Assembly: GCF_902713615.1 (NCBI RefSeq)
Contig: NC_052170.1
Span: forward strand, 4,216,001 to 4,280,000
Length of the DNA: 64,000 nucleotides
Origin: Scyliorhinus canicula
Taxonomy: Eukaryota
Direction of reading: 5' to 3'
Shown here piece by piece: positions 49,470 to 62,000 of the stretch (the first letter of the stretch is position 1; the number at the start of each line of letters is the position of its first letter). A program made the position numbers and the translations under genes. The notes below the pieces were generated by a model, which was given only the letters and a program-made list of their open reading frames with translations, did not search any database and had not been told where the DNA came from.

Positions 49470-50035
49470 AAGGCCCATTTGAATCCTACTCCAGAGACTC
49501 GAGCAATAATGCAGACTGGCACTCCACTGCAGTGCCGAGGGAGTGCTACAGTGTCAGAGGCGCTGTTTCAGATGAGATGTTAAACCCTGCATTCCCCCTC
49601 AGGGTGGTAAAGATCACATGGCCACAATGTGAAGAACAGCAGGGAGTTGTTCTTCCCTGTGCACTGGCCAATATTCATCTCTCAATCAACATGATCAAAA
49701 CCAGATAACCTGGGCATCACCACATCGCTGTTTGTGGTTGGTTTGCTGCGTGCAAATTAGTTGCTGCCTTCCTTACATTACAACAGTGACTCCACTCAAA
49801 CAAAAAGGACTTAATGATCATCCTAGAACTCTCATTCTAACAGCACTGCGGGTGCACCTACACCACGTGGACTGCAACGGTTCAAGAAAGCAGCTCACCC
49901 ACCGCCTTTCAAAGGCAATTAGGGATGGGCAACAGATGCTGAACAGATCCTGTGAACGAATAGAAAATAAAACGGTAAAGGCCTTTGGGATGCCCCACGG
50001 TTGCGAAAGGTGCCACAGAAATGAAAGTCTTTCAT
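49470..50035 (+). mobile_element. Deu-domain SINE (SacSINE1/AmnSINE1-like), unexpanded copy, interrupted by a LINE-tail piece
   Basis: CAGTGCCGAGGGAGTGCTACAGTGTCAGAGG...GATGAGATGTTAAAC...GGCCAATATT...CCTTACATTACAACAGTGACT; related tails at ~10-250, 13495-13710 and 55380-55570. Confidence 0.7.
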
Positions 50036-52859
50036 TTGGTTCAAAAGAGCAGGAGATGGGACCAATCAGCTGAAGGAGGCTTGGCTTTTGAAGAAAGGAG
50101 ATGGGACCAATCAGCTGAAGGAGGCTTGGCTTTTGAAGAAAGAATTGAGGGCTGCTGCAGCAGGGGCTTACTCAGCGCTGGAGTCCGGAAAAAGAGGAAT
50201 TTGAAATAAGACGCTGTGCCCTGCTTCCAGCACACTAAGGGTGAAGGAAGAATGAAAGTGGATAAAGAGAAGGGAGTTTCCTTGTTCAAAAGACTAATGA
50301 CTTTTGCACCATCGATAAACATCAAAAAGTCACAATGCAGAGAGGCGAGTCATGTCCAAGAATGAGACGAGAAATGTTAAACTAACTTCTGGATCAACGT
50401 TGCACCAAAAATGTGTAGTTGCAAAACAATCGCAAATCTGTCTCAGAATTTAATCCTAAGTATTAACCTCTGTTAATACTGAGATGCAGAGCACTGCGAT
50501 TGCAAAAGTTGCATATTTTGTACAAGCTACGCAGGGCAAGATTCCTCAATGCTTCAGCTGGACAAAGCACCAACTCGCCTTGGAACTGAGCTGTACAGAG
50601 CAGGAGGTTCCCAGATGCCAGCTTCCATTGCCAGTCAAGTGCTGTCAGCTAATCCTAGTTAGGGTGGCGCTGGGGAGCTGAGATTTGTGTCAGTCTCTGG
50701 CTCTTCCTCACTATCCAGCCACTCCTGACCAACAGAATACCCACGGGTGGAACTTGGGTACAACGTAAACAGACTTGGCTAAGCTCTCGACGCTCCGAGT
50801 AACCTGACATTCACCGTCATCACACAGAAAGTGAAATGAAAAAAATGAAAATCGCTTATTGTCACGAGTAGGCTTCAATGAAGTTACTGTGAAAAGCCCC
50901 TAGTCGCCACATTCCGGTGCCTGTCCGGGGAGGCTGGTACGGGGAACCATGCTGCTGGCCTGCTTTAAAAGCCAGCGATTTAGCCGAGTGAGCTAAACCA
51001 GCCCCTGGAAGTGGAAAGGGGGAGAGAGAAGGGGTAAATATAAGCTCAAGATTACAGCCATGCTATACTTTAAAAACAATTTTCAGATGACAAGAAAATT
51101 GAACATAGATACATTAAAACAGTATGACTGTTCCACTACACACTCAATCCTGAATGGAAAAAGAAAGCGAAAGCAGCATTGCAAAGAGTATAATTACTAA
51201 ATGCAACACTCACAAGGTGAAATAACTGTCATGTCAATCACAGGCTGTACACTGAAGTTTTCTATTTTTATAAGCTTATTGAGGTGAGTGGGTCGGTCTA
51301 GTGCTGGGGAAGCAGAAGTGGTCTCGAGCGTCAGCTCTAAGCCCTTGCAGGTTGGTTCAGGTCCCTTAGCTACAAGGAGAGCTGGTTGTGCTCTGCCCCA
51401 ACAGCAAGAGGAATCTTCCATGGTATCCAGCCTGTGACCTCTTCAAACCACGCTGCCAATTTAGGAGTCAGCTTCTGGAATCGTCCCTTGCCTCAAATGA
51501 CTGAAAACAAACTTCCCAAACTCATTACAGACTGCATCGTGGACTTTGATCCTGCTGTACCGGGGCTGGGTTTGAACAGGAATTCTCATAGACAAACAGC
51601 CAGGTCTAACCCACTGAAGCATGCAAAGCTATTTTCCCTTCCGATATTAGCAGTTGCAGCATACCCAGCAGTTGGTACCTTCAGGTTAAAAGATGGGCTC
51701 TCATTTTCAAACAAAATCTCATTTCCAAATTCCTGCCGGTGTTAACCCACTGAATTTGGTATTGATCGATCCCATCTGGGCTGACCTGGCAATTAAAACT
51801 TCACTGGGGTGGCCTCAAATCCCCAGAATCACGCTGTGAAACACTGCACACAAATGAACTCTATGCAAGTTGAGATAGAACGTGCAAACGTATTGCAAAC
51901 AATTTGTTAGTGTCTTATTTCAGCCAGGCCAGCCCTCCCTCCCAACCCCCACAGCAACACCTTCCATTTGTGCACCGTTGAAAGTATCCTATCTACCTAG
52001 TATGTCAACTGCTCGGCCCAAGGCAGTAAGGAACTACAGAGAGTCGTGAATACAGCCCATCACGCAAAATCGTCTCCCATCCATTGACTCTGTCTACGCC
52101 TTCTGCCTTGGGAAAGCAGGCAGCATAATCAACGACGCCTCCCACCTTGGTATTCTCTCTTCCGACCTCCTCCATCGGGCAGGGGATACAAGATGTACCA
52201 ATATATTCAAAAACAGCTTCTTCCCTGCTGATACCAGACTCCTGAATGACCTGATCTCTTTACACAACTTCTCTACTGAGTAACACTACACTCTGTATGC
52301 TTCACTTGATGTCTATGTATTTACTTTAAAAAATATATATTTAGAGTACTCAATTTTTGTTTTTCCAATTAAGAGGCAATTTAGTGTGGCCAGTCCGCCT
52401 ACCCTGCACATCTTTTTGGGTTGTGGGGGTGAGACACACGCAGACACGGGGAGAATGTGCAAACTCCAAACAGAACAGTGACCCGGGGCTGGGATCGAAC
52501 CCACGTTCTCGGCACCGTGAGGCAGCAGAGCTGACCACTGCGCCACCCCCGTGCCTATGAAATCACATTGTGTATTTATCGTATGTTCTGCGGAGACTGC
52601 ACGCAGGACAATTATCACTCGGTACCCGTGACAATAAATCCGATTGATTTCTTCCAATTGCTCCACAAGCCGCCTATTGGGGAGGAGGAGAGGGAGGGGT
52701 TCAATAACTGATCCATCAAAAAAAAATAACTGCCGGCCATCACCTTCCTGTCCTGGAAAACAATCTGCTGAGGGGGGAGGAGGATGAGAGTTCTGGAAGA
52801 CTTGCTGCAGGTTTTTATATATATTTTTTTTAATGAGGTGGTATAAAGTTTTGCAGCTT

Positions 52860-53480
52860 CCCCACTCCACCCACCCCTCATAGTCTGCACCCCCCCCCAC
52901 ATAGTCTGTAACCCCCATCCACCCCCCCAGTCTGCACACCCCATAATCAGTCTGCACCCTCCCCAGTCTGCACCCTCACCCACACCCCAGTCTGCACCCC
53001 CTTATCCCCAGTCTGCACCCCCTCATCCCCACCCACCCCCAGTTTGCACCCCCTCATCCCCACCCCAGTCTGCACCCTCATCCCCAGTCTACACTCCCTC
53101 ATCTCCACCCCAATTTGCACCCCTCATCTCCACCCCCCCATTTGCACCCCCTCATCCCCACCCCTGTTTGCACCCCCTCATCCCCAGTCTGCACCCCCTC
53201 ATCCCCACCCCCAGTCTGCACCCCCTCATCCCCACCCCCAGTTTGCACCCCCTCATCTCCCCCCAGTTTGCACCCCCTCGTCCCCATCCCACCCCAGTTT
53301 ACACCCCCTCATCCCCACCCCCCACGCCACTTTACACCCCCCCCCAGTTTGCACCCCTCATCCCCCCCCCCCCCAGTTTGAATTGAACCCCGCATCCCCA
53401 CCCCCACAGTCTGCACCCCCTCATCCCCCAGTTTGCACCTCCTCATCCCCACCCCCAGTCTGCACCCCCACCCCCACACA
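52860..53480 (+). repeat. Degenerate C-rich tandem repeat (CCCAGTYTGCACCCCCTCATCCCCA)
   Basis: About 20 variable-length units next to the CpG island. Confidence 0.88.
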
Positions 53481-53499
53481 AAGGGGGGGGGGGGGTTGA

Positions 53500-53871
53500 T
53501 CAAAAGACCCCCCGCCCGGGGTGTGCCCCCCGATAGAAGGGAGGCCTCCCCCTAGAGGGATGAACCCAAGCCCGCCACTCACCCCCGGCGTTTCTCCCTC
53601 AGCGCTTCGCAGCCGGAGCCCAGCAGTAGCCGCCGCCACCGCGGCCGCCATTCATTGTCAGGACAGCCAGCGCCTAGCAACCGAGCGCCGATGCCGGTCC
53701 TCCCAGCCACCGCTCCAGCCCGGCCAGCCGAGCGGCCGAGCGCATCGATCGCTCCGCGCAGCCATGACGGCGGGGACACTTCCCAGCAGCCCCCCCCCCC
53801 CCCGGCCGCCCTCATCAAAATGGCGGCCCCCATCAGCCTGCAATCCTGCTGCCTGCGCTGTGTGTGTAAGT
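53500..53871. promoter_or_regulatory. CpG-island bidirectional promoter with probable first exons of NACC1 (-) and TRMT1 (+)
   Basis: CpG-dense. Minus-strand donor GG|GTGAGT at 53582 and plus-strand donor GT|GTAAGT at 53866. Outward-facing YY1 motifs: AATGGCGGC on - at ~53644-53652 and CAAAATGGCGGC on + at 53816-53827. Confidence 0.78.
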
Positions 53872-55687
53872 GTGAGGCTGATAATTGCTCACTAACTCTC
53901 TCTCTCTATATATATACCATAAATAAAACTTTCAAGATGTATAAAACTTTATGTGCATGTATATTATATTAAAAACATTCTTCCAACTGTTTATGTTTCA
54001 ATGTTCATTGCGTGTTTAAGTTCTGAGTCCCCTGTATATTTTACTTTCCTTGTTTCCTCCCCGCCGCGCTGTGTTATTCGTTTTGTTCCTTCACACCTGA
54101 TTCTTGCAATAAAACCCCTTACAAGCACAGTGGTTAGCACTGTTGCTTCACAGTGACAGGGTCCCAGGTTCGATTCCCGGCTTGGGTCACTGTCTGTGTG
54201 GAGTCTGCACGTTCTCCCCGTGTCTGCGTGGGTTTCCTCCGGGTGCTCCGGTTTCCTCCCACAAGTCCCGAAAGACGTGCTTGTTGGAGGAACAGGACAT
54301 TCTGAATTCTCCCTCTGTACACCCGAACAGGCGCCAGAGTGTGGCTACTAGGGGATTTTCACAGTAGCTTCATTGCTGTGTTAATGTAAGCCTACTTGTG
54401 ACGTGAATAAAGATTATTATTAAGTGTTTGAAGGGGTCTGGGGAAAGAGTGGGGCAGAATGAGATAGTCCCACTGGGTATAATGTGCTGGAGGGCCCCTC
54501 CCCCTTGCGCTGTGTAAACTCTTGTGTTTAACCACCTGGCTCCCAGTCCAGTGGAGATGGGGGCTACGCTGAGGCCTCTGCTGACGCCCCATTGCAGTTC
54601 TGGGCAGGACCCTGTTTAGAAGATTTGAGCTGCTCACAAAGAAAACCTGTTGTGCCTAATGGTAATTGAGTCACTTGAATTTTGCTAAGAAATTTCTTGT
54701 GTTTCTTGCATTCTGCTGGTAAGTTATTTTCTTTAAATCGCTTGCAAAACTGCTGCCATGTTTTGAGGTTTTGTGCTTAAATCTCCAATCCTGCTCTCTG
54801 TACCTGTATCTTAATATAATCTAGGAAGATTGCAGCGTTCAGTCAGTGAAAACAATCGCTTTGGCATTCCAACATGTACCCGCAGGCAGGAAGGAATAGT
54901 GCCATTTGGGGTTGCGTCTATTCTTCTCTCGTGCTTCCGGCGAAACATTAAACTTCTACTTTTGGATCAGGTGCTAAATGAGGCCCTCATCTACTCTTGG
55001 AGAGATGTAAATGGTCCGATGGCCATTACTGGAAGCAGGAGAGTTAGAATTGGTGCCCTACAATGCAGAACTAGGCCATTCGGCCCATCGAGTCAGCACC
55101 GACTCTCTGAAAGAGCACCCTACCCTGGTCCACTCCCCAATCCTATGCCTGTAGCCCCATCTAACCTACACATCTTTGGACACTAAGGAGCAATTTAACA
55201 TGGCCAATTGACCTAACCTGCACATCTTCGGACTGTGGGAGGAAACCGGAGCACCCGGAGGAAACCCACGGAGACACGGGGAGAATGTGGAGACACTGCG
55301 CAGCCAGTAATCCAAGCCGGGAATCAAACCTGGGACCATGGAGCTGTGAGGCAGAGGTGCCAGGCAGATCTCTCCATCCAGGTCAATAGTTATCCTTCGA
55401 TCAGCATAATTAAAGCAGATTATCTGGTCAGTTATCACACTGCTGTTTGTGGGATCTTGCTGTGTGCAAAATGGCTGCTCCATTGCCAACATTACAAAAG
55501 TGACAACTTCAAAAAGTGCTTTGGGACATTCTGTACTTTAAAAGGCACTATATAAATGCAATTCTTTCCATTCCTTTTGACTAAGCAAATAGAAATGTGT
55601 ACTGCTGACGTTCCACTTAAAATCTTTCCCCTCCAGTGTTTAATTTGCTAATTTTTTTTTTTGCCCAGAGTTAAACAACCACGACCT

Positions 55688-56055
55688 ATGCTGGTAAACC
55701 GTGTGCGGCTGGTCAGGTACCTTGTTCGCCGCACTGTGTGTGCAGCCTCGATCGTGGTGAGAAGAGCAGTCTGGGCAGAGTGTCTCCTTCGCGATACAAC
55801 AGGGGAAAACTCCATGATGGAAATGGGAGAGGAGTCACAGGCAGAGTCAGACCAGACCTGGAGAAGCAACGGCAGTGATCAGTGTCAAAAAGCCAGCCCT
55901 GTGGAGGCTACTGTGGAACCCTTGCCAAATAGTGAAACCTTACCAGGGATTAAGACTGAGGAGACCGTCATCAGTGAAGGGAAGGCTAAAATTATCTTCC
56001 CTAGTGCCAATGAAGTATTTTACAATCCTGTACAGGAGTTCAACCGTGATTTAAC
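55688..56055 (+). CDS. TRMT1: tRNA (guanine26-N2)-dimethyltransferase, first main coding exon
   Basis: Arg-rich leader followed by [27 protein letters not shown]; acceptor at 55668; gtaagt donor; the start codon choice is inferred. Confidence 0.9.
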
Positions 56056-57146
56056 GTAAGTACCTGATGTTATGGACCTTGTCTCGCCACCAGAGCCCGA
56101 ACTAAACTGTTAAAGTGGACTTCAGTATATTCATTTGCTCTAATTTATCTTTTTAAGTTATTTTTTTTAAAGGGAATCCAATGTTATGGGGCAAAGGCGG
56201 GAAAACGGATTTGAGGATTATATTAGATCAGCCATGATCTCATTGAATGGCGGAGCAGACTCGATGGGCCAAATGGCCTACTCCTGCTCCCAAGTCTTAT
56301 GGTCTATGTGCGTACAAATTTGGAAGAAGTGCTGGTTTCAAAATCGGAATGAAGGCACACAGTTGGTGACCTTAATCAAATTTTGAAAGTGGGCGAAGAT
56401 TATCCAATTGTGGTTGCAGACATTTTAAATAAGAAAGGCTGTTTCTCCCATTGGCAGGAGAGTCTAGAACACTGGATAGTCTCAGGAGAAGGTCGGCCAT
56501 TTTGGACCGAGATGAGGACAACTTTCAGTCAGGGTTGAGTCTTTGGAATTTTCTACTTGTGGATGATCAATCATTGCACATGGTCGAGACTGAGATGGAT
56601 AGATTTTTAGATGCTGAAGAAATTCGGTGATATGGAGATATGTGAGGTGGGGAAGGAGCCTTTGTGGTGACTACTGATGGGCCGTCCAGGGAGACTATGG
56701 GCAGTGGAGAAAATAGCAGCCAGAGGGAGGGTGTTTTATTCAGCACCGTCTACTCCACAGACAATCAATTAGAAGCTCCCTGACGTTTCGGGGGTCTCCA
56801 GTTTCAGCTCTGCTGTTATCGAATCTCTGGGTGTAAAGTAACAATAAACCTCGAGATGCTCGGCTGAGGTGATGATGTGAGCAGGGTTCCTGCTCCGAAC
56901 ACTGTCTTGTTTCCCTGGTTGTGAAATGTGTGTGCGGAACAAGATTGGAGTTTTGCTGTCAAATCTTATACCGTTCTCAAATATCCTGACAGTATTTCCA
57001 AGTGGAGCTATCAGAAATTGTAGCCTTGAGTGATGTGGTTGACGGTTTGGGGAGGCACGAGAGAGGGGGGGGGGGGGGGGGGAGTCACGGATTTGATCCC
57101 ACGCCGCAGTAATTGCTATTTTCAGCTCTCTCTCTCTCTCTCTCAG

Positions 57147-57202
57147 GTGTGCTGTGATCACAGAGTTTGCTCGACAGCAGCTGATATCAAAGGGGATTCT
57201 GG
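57147..57202 (+). CDS. TRMT1: TRMT1 exon (CAVITEFARQQLISKGIL)
   Basis: cag acceptor, gtaagc donor, 56 nt, phases fit. Confidence 0.93.
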
Positions 57203-57301
57203 GTAAGCGGAATGTACCTTGTTTTAATAGTTGGGGTGGGGGGGGGGGGTGGGAGCTACAGGCAGACATGGCGCTAACCAGTCTCGAAATGTTTTCTACA
57301 G

Positions 57302-57435
57302 TGCTGGTCCCCGGAGAAGAGGACAGGCAGAAGATTGTTGTAAATTTGACAGAGAGTGAAAGTGCCGGGACTGCAGCGGGATCGGGAGATGCTTCAGCGG
57401 CAAAGAGAACTGCCAGTGTGGGGGAGAAATGCGAG
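57302..57435 (+). CDS. TRMT1: TRMT1 exon (VLVPGEEDRQKIVVNL...SVGEKCE)
   Basis: cag acceptor, gtgagg donor, 134 nt. Confidence 0.9.
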
Positions 57436-57558
57436 GTGAGGTATACCCTGCTTCGCCTGGTTATTTTCAGTCCTGCGCAAGGGGCGTCACTGGCAAGGCC
57501 AGCATTTATTTCCCATCCCTAATCCCCTTTGAGAAGGTGCTGGTGAGCCGCCATCTTA

Positions 57559-58353
57559 GATTAGGATCCCGGACCAGACACCAACAGTTGCTCGGATACT
57601 GATCAGAATCCCCAATATTCTAGTTTAATTCTGTAAGACTGTGAGGAAAGGATGCTTTGCTCTAGGGATGCTTTCATACACAAATAGGGATATGGTTTAT
57701 TAAAAAAACTTTATTACTAACGTACTATTGATAACTTTAACATTATAACACAGGTGGATTTCAATTACCAGTTAAACAATGCTTAACAATACAATGAAGC
57801 ATTCCTAACCGCTATCTTTATCTCCCCTCAAACAACACCCATCTCAGGACAAAATCCACTTTTAAATACTGTTAACAGACTCTGGAATACTTGCTGTAAA
57901 GAGATGTCTTGGACATATAACTTTGAGTAAGAGAGATCCTTCAGATACCAGATACAGATTCCTGACCGTCTCAACTTACTGCTTAAACTGCCAGCCTTGG
58001 AAATTGCTCCTCCCCTGTTCACAGGCAAATCTTTAACTCATTGTCTTGAGCTCGACTGCTTCGGGTCTGTCCCCAGCCTCTGGCTTCTCCCAGTAACGGC
58101 ATCATCTTATTGAGCTGAACACAATGTCTCTAATTATCTACTCCCCAGGGGACCCTCTTAATGTGAAAAATATCAAATCGCCCAAACTTTTACAACGTTT
58201 CAATTGCACCTCTGCCTCCAAAAAGCCGAGCTGTCTTGCGAGCCAGGGTCTTTAAAAACATGACCGCAGCAGTTACACACACTAACCCAGGATTTTAACC
58301 CTGACTACACCAAATACATATACAGTATATCTGAAATCCCTACATTCACCACA
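57559..58353 (-). mobile_element. Possible solo LTR inserted in a LINE tail
   Basis: ~790-bp block interrupting a recognisable LINE-tail sequence; begins TGT on the minus strand and has two AATAAA near the far end; no clear TSD or terminal CA. Confidence 0.45.
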
Positions 58354-58599
58354 CTGCAATCCAGCTGAGTGGCTGGCTGGGTCGTTCACCGGGCAGTTCA
58401 GAGTCAACCACATCACCGTAGGTCTGGAATCACAGGTAGGCTATTAATGTTGTGTCAAATTACATTAAGGTTCGTTAATGTCAATTACATTGTTGCGGTT
58501 GAGAGAAACAGGTGATTGATGTTAATGGCCTTTGATTACTGTCACTCATGTTGGTTTGCTAACTTGTATTTTTTTAATAGGTTTTGAAAAGTGTGTATA

Positions 58600-59472
58600 A
58601 ATAGGGGATGGCTGGGACACTGGGGTGAGTGGGATGGGGGCTGTGAGACTGAGCAAGTCAATATAAAGGGGATGGCTGGGACACTGGGGTGAGTGGGGAG
58701 AGCTGTGAGACTGAGCAAGTCAATATAAAGGGGATGGCGGGGGACACGGGTGAGTGGGATGGGGGCTGTGAGACTGAGCAAGTCAATATAAAGGGGATGG
58801 CTGGGACACTGGGGTGAGTGGGGAGAGCTGTAAGACTGAGCAAGTCAATATAAAGGGGATGGCTGGGACACTGGGGTGAGTGGGGAGAGCTGTGAGACTG
58901 AGCAAGTCAATATAAAGGGGATGACTGGGACACTGGGGTGAGTGGGGAGAGCTTTGAGACTGAGCAAGTCAATATAAAGGGGATGGCTGGGACACTGGGG
59001 TGAGTGGGGAGAGCTGTGAGACTGAGCAAGTCAATATAAAGGGGATGGCTGGGACACTGGGGAGAGCTGTGAGACTGAGCAAGTCAATATAAAGGGGATG
59101 GCTGGGACACTGGGGTGAGTGGGGAGAGCTGTGAGACTGAGCAAGTCAATATAAAGGGGATGGCTGGGACACTGGGGTGAGTGGGATGGGGGCTGTGAGA
59201 CTGAGCAAGTCAATATAAAGGGGATGGCTGGGACACTGGGGTGAGTGGGATGGGAGCTGAGAGACTGAGCAAGTCAATATAAAGGGGATGACTGGGACAC
59301 TGGGGTGAGTGGGGAGAGCTGTGAGACTGAGCAAGTCAATATAAAGGGGATGGCTGGGACACTGGGGTGAGTGGGGAGAGCTGTGAGACTGAGCAAGTCA
59401 ATATAAAGGGGATGGCGGGGGACACGGGTGAGTGGGATGGGGGCTGTGAGACTGAGCAAGTCAATATAAAGG
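58600..59472 (+). repeat. ~62-bp minisatellite, ~14 units, TRMT1 intron
   Basis: GATGGCTGGGACACTGGGGTGAGTGGGGAGAGCTGTGAGACTGAGCAAGTCAATATAAAGGG. Confidence 0.95.
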
Positions 59473-59569
59473 CCTCCTTCTGCACTGGGGTTTCTGTGGA
59501 ATATCATTGTATGCTCTCCTGCCGATACACTTGCACGTTGTTTACTTGAGTGTCTGGTTCCGTGTGCAG

Positions 59570-59757
59570 GGTGGGATTCGTGTACTTGAGGGGTTGGCAG
59601 CATCGGGGCTCCGCTCAATCCGGTTTGCCAAGGAGGTACCTGGAATTCACAGTATTGTGGCCAATGACTTTTCATCAAGAGCCGTGGAACTAATGAAGAG
59701 AAACATCGAGCTGAATGGAGTGGGCCACTTAGTAACGGCCAGCTTGGCAGATGCAAG
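59570..59757 (+). CDS. TRMT1: TRMT1 exon with SAM-binding motif ([25 protein letters not shown]...ADA)
   Basis: cag acceptor, gtactg donor, 188 nt. Confidence 0.95.
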
Positions 59758-60110
59758 GTACTGTGTCGGTGACTTTGTATTGTGGCGAGAAATTAAAGAT
59801 CTTCTTTCACCGAGTGTTCCTGAGTCAGGTTAGATCGGTTAATGAACGATAGGGCTCTCATTTCGACAGCTGCTACGGGCCATTCCAAAGCAAGTTACAC
59901 CTAATTAAATACTCTCATTGTTTACATACGGCAAACTTCCAGCAACAGATGACAGTGAAGAATTTTCATGTGGTTAGGCATACATTTTGGCCAGGGCACA
60001 GGGAGTACTTCACTAACTCTTCACGGTATTGCCATCTGACCGTTGACCCCTGCCTGAGAGGTCAAATGGCCTTGGCCTCGCTTTAGCATCTCATTCGAAG
60101 ACTATTCATC

Positions 60111-60857
60111 TGACAGTGCAGCACTCCCTCAGTACTGACCCTCTGACAGTGCAGCACTCCCTCAGTACTGACCCTCTGACAGTGCAGCACTCCCTCAGTA
60201 CTGACCCTCTGGCAGTGCGGCACTCCCTCAGTACTGACCCTCTGACAGTGTAGCACTCCCTCAGTTACTGACCCTCTGACAGTGCGGCACTCCCTCAGTT
60301 ACTGACCCTCTGACAGTGCAGCACTCCCTCAGTACTGACCCTCTGACAGTGCGGCGCTCCCTCAGTTACTGACCCTCTGACAGTGCGGCACTCCCTCAGT
60401 ACTGACCCTCTGACAGTGCGGCACTCCCTCAGTACTGACCCTCTGACAGTGCAGCGCTCCCTCAGTACTGACCCTCTGACAGTGCGGCACTCCCTCAGTA
60501 CTGACCCTCTGACAGTGCGGCTCCCTCAGTACTGACCCTCTGACAGTGAGGCACTCCCTCAGTACTGACCCTCTGACAGTGCGGCACTCCCTCAGTACTG
60601 ACCCTCTGACAGTGCGGCACTCCCTCAGTACTGACCCTCTGACAGTACGGCGCTCCCTCAGTACTGATCCTCTGACAGTGCAGCACTCCCTCCGTACTGA
60701 CCCTCTGACAGTGCAGCTCTCCCTCAGTACTGACCCTCTGACAGTGCAGCACTCCCTCAGTACTGACCCTCTGACAGTGCGGCACTCCCTCAGTACTGAC
60801 CCTCTGACAGTGCGGCACTCCCTCAGTACTGACCCTCTGACAGTGCGGCCCTCCCTC
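60111..60857 (-). repeat. 33-bp minisatellite, ~22 units, TRMT1 intron
   Basis: Reverse complement of the same unit. Confidence 0.95.
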
Positions 60858-61164
60858 ACCAATGTTCTGTACAACTCCAACATGATCTCCCTGCTTTTGT
60901 AATCTATGTCTCGATTGATAAGACAATTGCTCCAAATGCCCCTTTCACCACCCTATTAACCTGTCCTTCTGCCTTCAGAGATCTATGGACAACTTCTTTT
61001 TGGATCCTGGGGCAGTCGATTCTTCTAGCCTGATTGCTAAATTGCATTTTGTCCATTCGCCATTTTGTTAAAGTTAAGCTTACAAATAATACTCGTCTGA
61101 TTCTAGGATGTGTCAGGCTGTAAATATTAACTGGGGAGGGGTGGGTCTGTCTCTGTCTCTGCAG

Positions 61165-61280
61165 CATGCTCCTGTACGAATCCAAAAGGAGATGGGACCG
61201 GTTTGATGTGATTGATCTGGATCCCTATGGAAGTCCATCCCAGTTCATAGACGCGGCCGTTCAAGCAGTTAGCGAAGGAG
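61165..61280 (+). CDS. TRMT1: TRMT1 exon ([38 protein letters not shown])
   Basis: DLDPYG catalytic motif; cag acceptor, gtgaga donor, 116 nt. Confidence 0.95.
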
Positions 61281-61499
61281 GTGAGAGTAATCGCAAGGAT
61301 ATGAGTGACCTATTGAAAGCTGGTGATTGGAATGTTGGACCCCTTGCATTGCAGAGCCATGTGGATGTTGGGGCAATTGGGGGGGGGGGGGGTGATACGT
61401 GACTACAAACCGTCCTGAGCTTCTGCAGCTTGTCAAGGACAGCCTTGAGAAGGAGTTTTGCCCTGGGTGATTCCTTAATCATTTACGTGGTGTAGGGGT

Positions 61500-62000
61500 C
61501 GTTGGCTCTGCCAGCATTTACTGTCCTTGAGAAGGTGGTGGGTGAGCTGTCGTCTTGAACCGCTGCAGTCCACATGGTGTAGGTACACCCACAGTGCTGT
61601 TAGGGAAGCAGTTCAGGATTTTGACCCAGCGACAGTGAAATAACGGCCGATATATTTCCACGTCAGGATAGTGAGTGGCTGGGAGGAGAACTTACTGGTT
61701 GTGGGGTTCCCATGTGTCTGCTGCCCCTGTAGATAGTCGCGGTTGTGGGTTTGGAAGATGCTGTCTATGGAGTATCGGTGATGCAGTGCATCTTGTAGAT
61801 GTTACACACTGCTGCTGAATGTGAATGTTTGTAGGAGGAGCAGCAATCAAGCGGGGCTGCTTTGTCCTGGACGGTGTCGAGCTTCTCTATTGTTGTCGGA
61901 GCTGCACTCGTCCAGGCAAGTGAAGAGTATTCCATCACATTCCTGACTTCTGCCTTGTAGATAGCGGACAGGCTTTGCAAAGTTAATAAGTGAGTTAGCC
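61500..62000 (-). mobile_element. Degraded CR1/L2-clade LINE 3' fragment
   Basis: IYKAEVRNVMEYSSLAW...KLDTVQDKAA; tail similar to 4380-4700 and 21170-21450. Confidence 0.7.

Noticed and set aside
50052-50141. 45-bp direct duplication
   Set aside because: Simple two-copy slippage with no functional clue
58600-59472. CRISPR-like regular repeat arrays
   Set aside because: No unique spacers and no cas genes; these are eukaryotic intronic minisatellites
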